Below are positions 49,339-60,097 of a DNA stretch of 64,000 nucleotides, one piece after another. The DNA lies in NCBI GenBank assembly GCA_963726255.1, contig CAVSBL010000002.1, positions 576,001 through 640,000 on the forward strand. Direction: 5' to 3'. Source of the DNA: Candidatus Bathyarchaeota archaeon (GTDB lineage: Archaea > Thermoproteota > Bathyarchaeia > 40CM-2-53-6). Numbering within the stretch: position 1 is the stretch's first letter; each line of letters opens with the position of its first letter. Made by a program: the position numbers and the translations under genes. The notes beneath the pieces are model-generated. The model did no database searches. It was not told the origin of the DNA and saw only the letters and a program-made list of their open reading frames with translations.

Positions 49339-51210
49339 ATGACGCTGGATCGAATGCTCTTGTTTCTAGACCTACTGAAGGCAATAGCTTGGTCGCTTGG
49401 GACAGCACTTATTGTCCTAAACTATTATGGCGTCACAATTCTTGGAGGACCGTTATCGTTTCTGGCGTTTGGTTTGATTGCAGGGCCGGTGGTCCTCTCG
49501 ATAACCCAAGGGTTGGTCCGAGTAGAGAAAACGGGCAGAGCGTTCTATTGGATAGTCTTGATGAGCATTTCTCTCAGATTGATCGTCCCATTAAGCGAGG
49601 GACGCAATGCCTTCATGATTGGAGAAGATCCTATGTTTAACTTCCAAGTGGCGGGTATAATTGCGGAACGCGGACGTATAATTCTCGAACTGGCAACCGG
49701 TCGAGCCATTCAATACATCTTATTCCCCGGTTTACAAATCTTAACCGTGCAGATATCGACAGTGGGCAGTTTTTCACTTTATGACGTCGCACGTTTTCTT
49801 CCAGTAATCCTAACCATTGTGACTATCATGATGGTATTCAAAACCTATTCAAGGATGATGACTCCTCAAATGGCCCTTGCTGCGTGTTTCCTGTTTTCTG
49901 TTTGCTACAAATATAATTGGTTCGATGGATACTACCTTCCAGAGTCGCTTGGACTCATCTTCTTCGTCATGGCATTTTACGCCATGATGCAGAGGGCAAG
50001 AGGAACGGGAATATCAGTTTTCGTGATTTCTGTCTTGAGCATTTTGGTGATTATGGTGACACACTTCTTTTCGTCTCTCATGCTAAGCACTGCCTTAGGG
50101 CTCTGTTACGTTTTCTTTCGTCTGATGAAGCGCAATAATTGGGGCTGTCTCAGAATAGGATTGACTGACATTTTTGTTGCTCTAGTGCCCTTAACTGCCT
50201 GGCTGACCATCGGCGCGGCAGGGTACATGAACCAACTCACTTCGTACATCGCCTTCTACCAACAAACTCTGCTAGAATTCCTTTCGAACCCGTTTCATCA
50301 GCGGGGCTTTGTGTCAACGCAAGGTATCGAGGCGACAGGGATACATTTGACAGGCCTAACGGCGTCCATAGTGATTCTTGGAGTCCTATTTAGTGTAGGA
50401 GTAGGGCTCATAGGAATGGCACGGGCGATTCAGGATCTTAGAGGAACGGCAAGTCCCCACCTAAAAACAACCAGGGCACGTGTGATAATTTTCTGTGCAA
50501 TTGCCTTTGCATTTGGTGTGTTCACTGTCATGGGCGTTCTGACCCAAGCTAATTCTGTCGAATTGGCGGACATCGTGCCCCGCCTAATCCCTTTTATTTA
50601 TTTCTTCTTGTCTCCGGCATTTAGTGTCGGCATTCTTTTTGTTGGAAAGAAAATGCGCGGATTACGATTTGGAGTGGGCCACACCTTACTTCAGCGGAGA
50701 ACCGCCATGGCGTATCTGTGCGTTGGGATAGTATTGATCATGGCTGCCGCTTCTTGCTGGCTACTAATGCCATCTACAATCCAAGGTCGAGCCACATTAG
50801 ATGATGGCGAAGTAACGTCGCTGTCGTTTTGGCTGCGAACGAACGGAGACAAGAAAATAATCATGATAGGCGACGTAGTTATGCCACTATCAGTCGGAGC
50901 TCTTGCTAGGCAACCAATTTATGAGCAACCATTTAACGAATTCATGATGAACGACCCACTTTACTACGGGAGCAACATGTCGTTAAAGCTGTTACCTCAT
51001 TTGAGCCGTTCGAGCCCGCCCGTATACCTTCTGATCAATGAAGCTTACCTCCGCCATAAGTACTACCTAGTAACGCATATCTATGAGAGCAAACCGCCCC
51101 CCTCTGAGAAAGACATGGCAGCATCCCTCACTGAGTTCAATGCGTTCCCCATGTTAGATAGAGTATATTCCAGTTCGTCGCTGACTCTGTACGTTTCTGC
51201 TCACTCATGA
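49339..51210 (+). CDS. Polytopic membrane protein (possible GT-C or glycan polymerase)
   Basis: Many TMs; GEDP loop, Y..FPG, THFFS, DRVYSS tail. Confidence 0.7.
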   Translation: MTLDRMLLFLDLLKAIAWSLGTALIVLNYYGVTILGGPLSFLAFGLIAGPVVLSITQGLVRVEKTGRAFYWIVLMSISLRLIVPLSEGRNAFMIGEDPMFNFQVAGIIAERGRIILELATGRAIQYILFPGLQILTVQISTVGSFSLYDVARFLPVILTIVTIMMVFKTYSRMMTPQMALAACFLFSVCYKYNWFDGYYLPESLGLIFFVMAFYAMMQRARGTGISVFVISVLSILVIMVTHFFSSLMLSTALGLCYVFFRLMKRNNWGCLRIGLTDIFVALVPLTAWLTIGAAGYMNQLTSYIAFYQQTLLEFLSNPFHQRGFVSTQGIEATGIHLTGLTASIVILGVLFSVGVGLIGMARAIQDLRGTASPHLKTTRARVIIFCAIAFAFGVFTVMGVLTQANSVELADIVPRLIPFIYFFLSPAFSVGILFVGKKMRGLRFGVGHTLLQRRTAMAYLCVGIVLIMAAASCWLLMPSTIQGRATLDDGEVTSLSFWLRTNGDKKIIMIGDVVMPLSVGALARQPIYEQPFNEFMMNDPLYYGSNMSLKLLPHLSRSSPPVYLLINEAYLRHKYYLVTHIYESKPPPSEKDMAASLTEFNAFPMLDRVYSSSSLTLYVSAHS

Positions 51211-51334
51211 GACGTGAATATGGTCACAAGTAGTGATTCTTGATAGGTCTAAGTAATCTAATAGAGAATGTTTGGCTACGAACAAGCTATCTTAATTCTT
51301 ATGATAAAGTAATTCCAAGACCCATCACATAGTA

Positions 51335-52129
51335 TTGGACTCGATTTGCTTGACGATGCTGATCACAGGAGGCACAGGCAACCTTGGACGCGAACTGATC
51401 AAGGTTTTCCCGACCAGTCTGCACCCGACGCACAACGAACTCGACATCACCGATGAGAAGCATGTGCTAGAGTACATTCGTAAGGTTCGTCCAGACGCGC
51501 TAATTCACTCAGCTGCCCTAACGGGTATCAGACAATGTGACAACGACAGAAAGAAAGCCTATCTAACGAATGTTCAAGGAACTAGAAATCTGGTGAAAGC
51601 GACTGTCGAGTACAGCCCTACTTGTCTATTTGTGTATATGTCTACTGCCTCCATGTTTTCTGGCGACCAAGGAGGCTACACTGAGGGGGATGTCCCGAAT
51701 CCGAAGAATTTCTACAGCGTAACGAAACTTCTAGGCGAATATGTAGTCAGCGAGTCCCCTCTAGCCAAGCACCTTGTACTAAGAGTTAATTTTGCTCCCC
51801 GTCAGAAGTATCCGTATCCCAATGCATTCATTGATAGGTATGCCGCGTACCTGTTTTCAGATGACCTCGCAGCCGCAATCAAACGTGTTATTGATGATGG
51901 AATTCGAGGCACTGTACACATATGTGGCGAAGAGAGACTCTCTATGTTCGATTTCGCGAAGATAACTAACCCGGACACATTTGGAGTCACGTTCTCGCAC
52001 ACTGTCGAGAATTCCATACAAGATATTTCCGACCTCCCAAAATTGCTCGATTGGAGGAATCCCCGGTACAGCAATGAAAAGTGGTTGAGGCCGCGCCTCA
52101 CCACCATAGTGAAGTCAGTCCACGCATAA
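51335..52129 (+). CDS. Second RmlD-like reductase with an unrelated C-terminal tail (possibly truncated)
   Basis: Closely similar to 43471-44220 up to FAKIT.P, then diverges. Confidence 0.72.
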   Translation: MDSICLTMLITGGTGNLGRELIKVFPTSLHPTHNELDITDEKHVLEYIRKVRPDALIHSAALTGIRQCDNDRKKAYLTNVQGTRNLVKATVEYSPTCLFVYMSTASMFSGDQGGYTEGDVPNPKNFYSVTKLLGEYVVSESPLAKHLVLRVNFAPRQKYPYPNAFIDRYAAYLFSDDLAAAIKRVIDDGIRGTVHICGEERLSMFDFAKITNPDTFGVTFSHTVENSIQDISDLPKLLDWRNPRYSNEKWLRPRLTTIVKSVHA

Positions 52130-52358
52130 CCATGGTGTTTATGTGACACACATCTATACCACGGAGGGTATTCAGCAGCTCATTCTCTACTCGTTCTGAA
52201 GCAAACATGTTTGACTACAAGGTTATTCAGCAGATAGACGACTCGAAAGTGTTTTCCAGCAACAGTTCGCACAGAGATGCTCCATGATCCTTGACTCATC
52301 TGATGGCTCGTGAAATGTAGGTCGATAGTGAGACTTGTCAGGTCTCTGCCGTATAATT

Positions 52359-53003
52359 TTATGGTGGGGAAAGTGGGAGTGTCGGGTTTGTCATGTTGAA
52401 CCAGACCTGCAACCATGCAACTTGATGTTCGCTATTGGTGTTCCAGCCGAATTCGAATCCGTACCCGTCGGTTTGCCATGTCCAAAGTTCAAAAATAAGT
52501 CGGAAATTGTACCCGTTACTTGCCGACCAGTCCGAGACCTGATAGGTTTCATTGTTTATCTGCACCGTGAGAACACGGGTAGATCCGTCTATTGATGTTG
52601 CATTCGATATATTCCAAACGAATGCGAATTCCCAAGTCTCATTGTCCTGTAGAAATCTCGCGAAATCAGTGACAGCTGGAGCAGGTGACTCTAACGCTTG
52701 CTGGTCATTAGGAGGTTTGATTGTGGAGTTGCTAACCTTGACGCGGATCGAGACAAGTTGCACGGTACCCATGTTATTGCCGACTCCAAGATACCATTTC
52801 AGGGGTTCTCCAACTCGAATATCTGTATCGTTAGCTGGGTAGTAATTTGCAGCCAGGTGATTGCCGCCAAGCAGATAGAGCTGGAAGAACTGTTCGCTTG
52901 CCCTCGGCATACTGGCCGCATAAACTATCAGTTCGCAGACGATAAGCAGAGTAATGAAAACTGCGATGGCCGTTCTCGTATTTTGAGAAAAACCGAACCT
53001 CAT
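52359..53003 (-). CDS. DUF1616-related exported protein
   Basis: TM anchor, EQFFQLYLLG...A.NYYP, RLIFELW, WLQVWFN. Confidence 0.72.
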   Translation of the reverse strand: MRFGFSQNTRTAIAVFITLLIVCELIVYAASMPRASEQFFQLYLLGGNHLAANYYPANDTDIRVGEPLKWYLGVGNNMGTVQLVSIRVKVSNSTIKPPNDQQALESPAPAVTDFARFLQDNETWEFAFVWNISNATSIDGSTRVLTVQINNETYQVSDWSASNGYNFRLIFELWTWQTDGYGFEFGWNTNSEHQVAWLQVWFNMTNPTLPLSPP

Positions 53004-53476
53004 TTGCGGGTGACCCTCATTTGAAAGGTGCGTCGAATTCGATACTCCCGATAGATACGAACCGTAAATACGTAGAGTAGGGTTCCCAACATGGCGGCGA
53101 TCGCTCCCTCTACATATGCTAGGATTAGGTTGTTATACGACCTTTGAGAGGAGACGATCGTTAATTCCGCTGCCTGGGATTCAACCATCGCGAGTGTTTG
53201 ATCGACCTGAGAAGATAGCGCTGTTCTTTTTTGTGATTCGTCTGTCGTATTTAATTTGAGGGCTTCTCGGTTGAGATCGAGTGCCTTGTTAAGAAGCACT
53301 ATCAATCCGGCAACTTCGCTTGGTGTGGCGCCAGCTGACTGCGCATTTCGCACTGCTATGATTGCCTGGCTGAAGGCGGGCTCTAAGGGTCCGTTTGTCT
53401 GAGGCGTGACCAATGGTTGAAATGCAATGACAACCACAACTGCTAACATCAAAGGTGCTAGTAAGCTACGTGCCAT
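53000..53476 (-). CDS. Helical exported protein with C-terminal TM
   Basis: Signal peptide, AQSAGA...L...LN.AL, TM with basic tail; ATGA-coupled to the next gene. Confidence 0.68.
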   Translation of the reverse strand: MARSLLAPLMLAVVVVIAFQPLVTPQTNGPLEPAFSQAIIAVRNAQSAGATPSEVAGLIVLLNKALDLNREALKLNTTDESQKRTALSSQVDQTLAMVESQAAELTIVSSQRSYNNLILAYVEGAIAAMLGTLLYVFTVRIYREYRIRRTFQMRVTRK

Positions 53477-53680
53477 CTTGAAACCGTTTTAGTGGGACGC
53501 TTACATAAGATATAGCCATAGCGGATGCGGGCGTGCTAGTTGATTGAACATAAGAAACCTTGGTCGCCAATTTTCGACATGCCTGTAGTACCCCGATTCG
53601 GGACGCTGCATGGCGTACGTGGGGGTAGTGAAGAAATATTACGTTCCAGATGACTTCTTACACTTGCGGCGATTCCGAGC

Positions 53681-55459
53681 TTGTTCACTGTATGTGGGCG
53701 ACTATTACGAGAGTCCTTTATGGTGTTCATGATTGTTCTCATTATGACTGTACAAGGAGTTCAGATTGCTTCATCGAAGCCGACAGCGTCTCAGGTTGCA
53801 GCTTCTCTCACTGAGTGGACTGTGCCGACATCTGCAAGTGGCCCATGGGGATTGGCTCTGGATCAGTCAGGTACTTGCTGTTGGTTTGTGGAATATTACG
53901 GAAATAAGATCGCCCATTTTGATTCACGGGCGAGTTCTTTCGAGGAATGGGAGATTCCCACCTCCGACTCGAATCCTTACAGTATCGCGGTTACATCGGT
54001 CGGCGGCAATCCGATGGTGTGGGGAACGGAATTTTCCTCGGACAAGATTTTCGCCTTCTCGCCATCTTCAGGGAAATTCAGCGAATATTCACTTCCAGGC
54101 GGCTCAGAACCCGGGTACGTTTCTATTGAACCTCAAGCTGGGACGACGGCCAGAGTTTGGTTCACTGAAACGATTAGAAACGCTAACGGTGAATTCATTT
54201 ATGATTCAGCGTCCGGGAATGTTACGTTTTACGAGGACACATTTCCAGCGTCAGTAGGAGGGGGAGCTTATGGTGTGCAAGCAGGTTCAGGGTTCGTTTG
54301 GTTTGCGGGTTTCTCTGCACTGGTGAGGTGGGATCGGGCGTCAGCGCAGTATACGATCTGGCCATTGCCAAACCATGACTCGGCTGTGGCGCGTTCTATC
54401 ACCTTCGACTCTCGTGGGCAACCGTGGTACACTCAGGGTGTGGCTTATGGGACTAGTGACGACAACTTTGTTGGAGTCCTACGCGGAAATATGATTCAAC
54501 AATGGCGTATTCCTGGTGCGGGTTCAAACCCAAGAGGGATCAGCATTAATCCAATTACCCAGCAACCTTGGATTGCGGAGCAATCATCGCTGCAAGGCAA
54601 CGGAACTGTCGCTAATCTGAACGATTTTGGGAACGGTACACTCTCTTCATCGCCCCCTGTCACTGCGCCATCAGCGGGAACGGCGACTGTTCTTTCGCCA
54701 ACAATAAGTCACGTCTCGGAGTTTGTTCATACAGTGATCCCGACAACCCGCTCCATCGCGCCTTCGGAAGAAGGGCCGTTTGCTCAATACGTGTTGGGTC
54801 CCACATTGCCCAGTGATGTGATTGTCGATTCCTCTGGCAACGTATGGGTAAGTGAGCCTGGAGCGAATAAGATCGCCAGACTTTCCATTGTGAATTCGGA
54901 TTATGCTCTTAGCGTCTCTTCCCCATACCTCTCTTCAGCACAAGGAACGTCAGTCCCTCTCGCGGTAACTGGCAGTTCAGTTTCAGGGTATACGGGGAAG
55001 GTAACGTTCACTCCTGCTGACCTGCCTCCCGGGGTGATGTTATCAGGCTTCGACCCGAACCCAGTCCACATTCCAGCCGGAGGAAACGCTTCATCAAATT
55101 TCGCAATCAACATTGCTTCTAGTGCAACGCCGGGAACTGACTTGGTCGTCATCCGTGGCAGCGATGGTACAATTACCCATACCATCAGCATCATTATTAC
55201 GATTGCAAACAGCACGAGCCCCAATGGTGGCCCTCAGTGTCCCATTCCCGTCCCAACATACTTGTTGGATTTAGCTTTGCTCTCAAGTCTATTGGCAGAC
55301 GTGTTAATTGGAGGGTTCTACATTGGGCTACCAGTGGACGCGGTCAGTCGAAGAATTCACTTGCTAAGAGGTTTGAGTAGGAGAACCTGGTTGGTTATTT
55401 CTCTCGTGGGCCCAAGCGCACTTTTCGTAGCCAGCTTCCTAGCTCTGCTCTTCTGCTGA
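53681..55459 (+). CDS. Vgb-lyase-like beta-propeller surface protein with Ig-like domain and C-terminal TMs
   Basis: Repeated EW.(V/I)PT..S.P..(L/I)A...WF.E...NKI blades. Confidence 0.8.
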   Translation: MFTVCGRLLRESFMVFMIVLIMTVQGVQIASSKPTASQVAASLTEWTVPTSASGPWGLALDQSGTCCWFVEYYGNKIAHFDSRASSFEEWEIPTSDSNPYSIAVTSVGGNPMVWGTEFSSDKIFAFSPSSGKFSEYSLPGGSEPGYVSIEPQAGTTARVWFTETIRNANGEFIYDSASGNVTFYEDTFPASVGGGAYGVQAGSGFVWFAGFSALVRWDRASAQYTIWPLPNHDSAVARSITFDSRGQPWYTQGVAYGTSDDNFVGVLRGNMIQQWRIPGAGSNPRGISINPITQQPWIAEQSSLQGNGTVANLNDFGNGTLSSSPPVTAPSAGTATVLSPTISHVSEFVHTVIPTTRSIAPSEEGPFAQYVLGPTLPSDVIVDSSGNVWVSEPGANKIARLSIVNSDYALSVSSPYLSSAQGTSVPLAVTGSSVSGYTGKVTFTPADLPPGVMLSGFDPNPVHIPAGGNASSNFAINIASSATPGTDLVVIRGSDGTITHTISIIITIANSTSPNGGPQCPIPVPTYLLDLALLSSLLADVLIGGFYIGLPVDAVSRRIHLLRGLSRRTWLVISLVGPSALFVASFLALLFC

Positions 55460-55709
55460 AACTTAGTTTCAAATCAACGCAAGAAAATCAATCAGCTCAC
55501 TGCCCACTCGCACGCGTGCGCCTGCGACGCTCAGGTGGCAGTTTTCGTTCCCAATCAAGCTTTCAGAGCGGCTCTGGCTCCGATTTCGGTTTAGGCGAAA
55601 GTTTCGACTCGGATATCTTGAATGTCCATGCAACGCAGACGACTAAGGTTCGCTAGGTAATGTGGGGGTATTCGTTCATCTTAATGAAAAGTGGGGATGG
55701 ACGCGGCGT

Positions 55710-58700
55710 TTAGTCGCGTCTGTTTCTGCGTCGCAGGAGGTATAGTGAGGCTGCCAGTGCGGAGAAAGCTACGATTCCGATTGCGCTGAATTCTGGGACT
55801 GGAATGTTACTTTGCTCCAAGTACATGTTCTGGCCTGTTCCAACCTCGCCGGCAGTGACCGAGATTGAGTACGTTTGGGACGCGTAGCCTGGGCCGCTTA
55901 TCGTGAACGTATAGGTGCCCGGTGTTAGGTATGCTTCGTAGATGCCGTCGTATGTGTACTGGTGGAAGGTCCATTTACCGTCTGCGCTAGCTATCGTCAC
56001 GCTACCCCAGCTCAGCGGTCGGAACTCGTTACTCCACGTGAACGCGAGAGCGTTGCCGGTTACGAGGCCGTTCAAATCAACTTCGAAGGCTCCGCTTGCT
56101 TCACCGCTTAGGTGGGCGTTCGAGATCTGCCAGGCGCCTTCCTGTGAGTATGGGCCCAGGTGGTTCATGGCGAGTGTGTGTCCGATCAATTCGGGCTTGA
56201 GTGCATTATCCTCTGTGAAGCTTATTCCAGATGTGGCGGTTGTGGCGGGGATTATGTGGTAGGATTCACCCATCAATAAGCCACCTACGGGTGGGTAATA
56301 CTGAGGTAGACCGATAGGGAAGCATAGGAGTTGCTGTGGGTTAATGTCAAGGGCAATCACGGGTTGAATAGTTCCTATGCACGCACTGCCAGCTGTGTCG
56401 TTACTGTACCAGTTGACGAAATCCACTTCCGCCGTCCAACTTCCCGTGTAATCTGGGGCTCCTGAGATGCCTGTGTTCGGGAAGTAGCCCGGGACGCCAA
56501 CGCCCAAGCCGCTTCCTGGGCTCGTGTAACAGTCTACTTCGAAGCCGCATGTTGTTGTTGCAAATAGCGGGTCATTCAAGTAGACTCCTAGAGGGACGTG
56601 GCTTGCGATTGTTCCATCGTCAACTCCTGATGCGGGAACCTGCGGCAGGCCGGCCATGAGTACGTGTAGGAGGGTTATCCCTCCGGGAAGGTAATTGTAG
56701 CCGTTTAGCGGGTTGGGTACTGGTACAGCTGGGTGAAGTGGGCCGAACGGGTACTGGTCTGTTCCGTCGGCGGCCCTTGCAAAACCGTTCGCAGTCGTAT
56801 AGGTTCCTTCGCTTGACATCCATTCAGCAGCTAGGTTGCCCGAGTCGTCGAATAATCTGACTCGGGCGGACATGTTCGCGGAGGTTGGTGTTATGACATG
56901 TTCCTTTTTGAAGAGTATATCCAACGTCACGTTGACGCCTACTAGGAGGTTGATCTTAATGTCGGCGACTTCCGTTGTCAAGGCAGATACTGTGAAGCTC
57001 TTGTCCTGAACGTATCCGTACGTGAAACCTCTGAGGTCGTATTGGCCTGAGGGTATCGCTGACGGGTAAAGTGGTGTGTATCCTGTAACGGCTTGTTCAT
57101 ACGTTCCTCCGTCTGAGAGCGTTGTGGGGCTGAAGTGGGCGGGCGCAAACAACACCGACCGTGTCGAGAAGTATGATATGCCCCCCGTGTAACCTCCAAC
57201 AAAACCCAAGTCTCCAAGTTCCTGTCCGAAATATGCGTCCTGTGCGTTCCCCTGGTAGGGCATTAATGGCCCGTAGAGTGGACGGGCGAGCGGTTGCCAG
57301 CCGCCTCCACACATCTGGACGGATGAGTTGCTCTGGTTCTGGAAGAGGCAGCTCGTCAGTACGGTGTCCTGAAGGTTCGATGGGACATCGCCGATGAAAT
57401 CGATCAACGTGCCATTCGCGTAAACGCCGAGGTCGATCTCTTCTCCGACCATGTATATGCCGCCGACGTTGCGTGGATCCCCTGGGAAGCTAGGGTCGCT
57501 TCCTACGAAGGTTGGCATGCCAGTTGCTGTGTAGCCGACGGGGTTGCCCCACACCCAGTTTCTGTTAACGCGTGGTCGCTCCCAGTCAATGCTGTAGACG
57601 GTGATGTTGAATCCTACGCCGCGGTACATGTGGTCGCTTATGCTGATGGAGTTACCGCTGAGCGTCACACTCACTTGGTCCAGTGGGCCATGTTCAACGT
57701 AACCGAGAACGTAGACATGTGGGCTGTAGGTTCCACTCGGGATGCCATAATTCTCTCCTCCCCATGTGTCGTTCCATCCCCAGAACTGAATAGTTGCCAC
57801 TCCAGTCTCGATGGCGTTGGCGTTCAGCTTTGCCTTGTCAAGATCGTTGCGGTGCTGGAAAGTTGATGTGGACGAGAACGCGCCAGCGCCCCATCCTGAC
57901 TTAGCTCCGGATGAGTATAGGCCTTGGTAGCCAAGCAATGTTTGGTTGTAACTCCAAACCTGGCCGTTTGCGTCAACCAATACGCCGGACATTACTCCTG
58001 CACCGGTGTCAATTGGGTCGGTGCTTATCGTATTGGGAGTGTTGTGGAAGTGCACGGTCTTGTTGACCCAACTGCTCAACCGTAAGTCGATGGGTAAGGC
58101 CACGTCTCCAGCCCACTCCTGCGGAGTAATATCAAACGGGTATTCCTGGAATGTTGATCCGTCAAGCGCTGACTGGACGTAGCGGAATACCCAAGCGCGG
58201 GCGTAATATCTTCCAGGTGTAAGGCCGTTAACCCAAGTGGCGTAGACTTGCGGGACCATGCCGTCGAGGTCACGGGGTGCACCGTACTCTCCCTTAACGC
58301 CGAACTCGAAATGGAATGGTTGAGTGGTGCCGCCTTGAACGAACCAGTTTTGCGGTGGGCCTATCCCCATGGGATCCTGCGTTAGCTTCGCCGACTGACT
58401 TCCATCAGAGGCGCCGGTGGACACTTGGTAGAAGTCGAAAGCGGACGGGCTTGCGCCAGCAAAGTATCCGGTGCTTGGCACATATTCATGCCACGGGAAT
58501 GCGATTTCGCCGCCAAGCCGAGGATCATTACAATTACTCGCCGTATACTTGCCAGTGTAGTCCTGCTGTCCTCCTGCAACGCAAGGGAGCGGGGACCATG
58601 ACACTAGGTTAGCGCTTGAATCAGGTACGTGATTTAACGTTGGAGCGTCGTAGAGTTCAATCTTAACGTATGTGTTCTGCGGCCACGGCTCGTCACCAAA

Positions 58701-59942
58701 CTGGTGCTTACTGTAAACGTTTCCATGAATAACGGCCCCAGGCTGCAAGTAGCCGTCGTGGTGTAGTGATTGGCCTTTCAACACAGTGACGCCAGAAGCA
58801 ATAACGACCTCCGGGTAACCAGCGGCTGACGCGTAAATGTCGTAGACGCCTGGTGCTACGCCTTCGACCTCATAGTGGCCTTGGGCTGTGGCGTTGAAAT
58901 ATCCCACGGCATCAACTGTCGGCAAATTAGTCGTTTGCCCAGTGTAGGGGTCGAGGCGCGTTGTCATCTTCGCATAGACACGGCCAGCTTCCTGAATAGG
59001 TTGGCCGTATAGTGTCGTGTTGAAACCGGCGTACCGAATCGTTCCAGTTATAATGGCAGGGTCAACCTCGCCTTTCACAAGTAGGACTGGCCAATTCTCT
59101 GTGGGAATAAATTGGGAACAATTTTCGGGGCCTGGAAGGGGGCCTGCTCCAGTTCCAGTGCCTTCTTCTCCGCAAATTGAAGGTGTTCCACCTTCAAGGA
59201 GGACTTTGAAAAAGTATCGTCCAGCGACCGAGGGGGCAAGGACTCCATTGATTCGAATGTAATACCATTCGCTTAATGTAGTGAAATCAATGGCCTGGTG
59301 GTCATAGTAAGGAGTATTCCCGGGTGCGGTTGCATCCATGCCCGCGTCCGCTGCAACTTGAACAAGAGTCCAACCGGGTGCATACCGATCGTATGCGCTT
59401 ATTCGCGCTACTGCAATTGCTGAGTAATCATTCGTAATGGTTGAGACGACTTGCGCTTGGCTCGGCACACTAAATCCAGGTGGGATGAGAATGTCAACGG
59501 CTTGCCATCTTCCAAAGAACCCTACGGTCGCGTTGAGCGCAAAAATCAAGTCGCCCGTCGAACCGGTCAATACCGCTCCGAAGGGGGCGTATGCGTCGCC
59601 TTCAAGCTGGTACCAAGACTGGCTCGGGGCCCCAGGTGGGTTGCCGCCTGGGTAAGGTGATTGATAGCCGGGACCCAAATTCGCGGTCGCGACGTTCGGG
59701 AAACCGCTATAGGTGTTGAGGCCTCCGCCTGGCCACACGTACCCGATTACTCCGGGAACATGAGGGTCAAAATCATTTGTGTGGTAGCGATACGTGGCCG
59801 TTAGGTCTCCAAGGGTGAAATGAGCTTGAACAGGATTTGCTATCGCGACAATCCCAAACAGAAAAGTCAGAATCAGAACTATGGAAACAATCCTCTTTTC
59901 CAATGGACCTTCCTCAACCAGCCTCAGCAGACCTAAGCTCAA
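55710..59942 (-). CDS. 1410-aa cell-surface glycoprotein with PEF-CTERM sorting signal
   Basis: Signal peptide; CarboxypepD_reg-like segments (GVAPGVYDIYASAAGY, PGTYTFTISGPGY); VPEFS-TM-RRRNRR. Confidence 0.85.
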   Translation of the reverse strand: MSLGLLRLVEEGPLEKRIVSIVLILTFLFGIVAIANPVQAHFTLGDLTATYRYHTNDFDPHVPGVIGYVWPGGGLNTYSGFPNVATANLGPGYQSPYPGGNPPGAPSQSWYQLEGDAYAPFGAVLTGSTGDLIFALNATVGFFGRWQAVDILIPPGFSVPSQAQVVSTITNDYSAIAVARISAYDRYAPGWTLVQVAADAGMDATAPGNTPYYDHQAIDFTTLSEWYYIRINGVLAPSVAGRYFFKVLLEGGTPSICGEEGTGTGAGPLPGPENCSQFIPTENWPVLLVKGEVDPAIITGTIRYAGFNTTLYGQPIQEAGRVYAKMTTRLDPYTGQTTNLPTVDAVGYFNATAQGHYEVEGVAPGVYDIYASAAGYPEVVIASGVTVLKGQSLHHDGYLQPGAVIHGNVYSKHQFGDEPWPQNTYVKIELYDAPTLNHVPDSSANLVSWSPLPCVAGGQQDYTGKYTASNCNDPRLGGEIAFPWHEYVPSTGYFAGASPSAFDFYQVSTGASDGSQSAKLTQDPMGIGPPQNWFVQGGTTQPFHFEFGVKGEYGAPRDLDGMVPQVYATWVNGLTPGRYYARAWVFRYVQSALDGSTFQEYPFDITPQEWAGDVALPIDLRLSSWVNKTVHFHNTPNTISTDPIDTGAGVMSGVLVDANGQVWSYNQTLLGYQGLYSSGAKSGWGAGAFSSTSTFQHRNDLDKAKLNANAIETGVATIQFWGWNDTWGGENYGIPSGTYSPHVYVLGYVEHGPLDQVSVTLSGNSISISDHMYRGVGFNITVYSIDWERPRVNRNWVWGNPVGYTATGMPTFVGSDPSFPGDPRNVGGIYMVGEEIDLGVYANGTLIDFIGDVPSNLQDTVLTSCLFQNQSNSSVQMCGGGWQPLARPLYGPLMPYQGNAQDAYFGQELGDLGFVGGYTGGISYFSTRSVLFAPAHFSPTTLSDGGTYEQAVTGYTPLYPSAIPSGQYDLRGFTYGYVQDKSFTVSALTTEVADIKINLLVGVNVTLDILFKKEHVITPTSANMSARVRLFDDSGNLAAEWMSSEGTYTTANGFARAADGTDQYPFGPLHPAVPVPNPLNGYNYLPGGITLLHVLMAGLPQVPASGVDDGTIASHVPLGVYLNDPLFATTTCGFEVDCYTSPGSGLGVGVPGYFPNTGISGAPDYTGSWTAEVDFVNWYSNDTAGSACIGTIQPVIALDINPQQLLCFPIGLPQYYPPVGGLLMGESYHIIPATTATSGISFTEDNALKPELIGHTLAMNHLGPYSQEGAWQISNAHLSGEASGAFEVDLNGLVTGNALAFTWSNEFRPLSWGSVTIASADGKWTFHQYTYDGIYEAYLTPGTYTFTISGPGYASQTYSISVTAGEVGTGQNMYLEQSNIPVPEFSAIGIVAFSALAASLYLLRRRNRRD

Positions 59943-60097
59943 ACGTCCATGCGTGGCCTATTAGTATATAAGACGAATGCTTCAACCCGGAGTATTCGTT
60001 GTTCTTAGGGGAATCGGCCTGTTAGGAGCCTCAACTGCGCCTCAAGCGGTGTAAACCCTCTATTTTCTTCTCTCTATTTCAACGTACGCAACATTTT

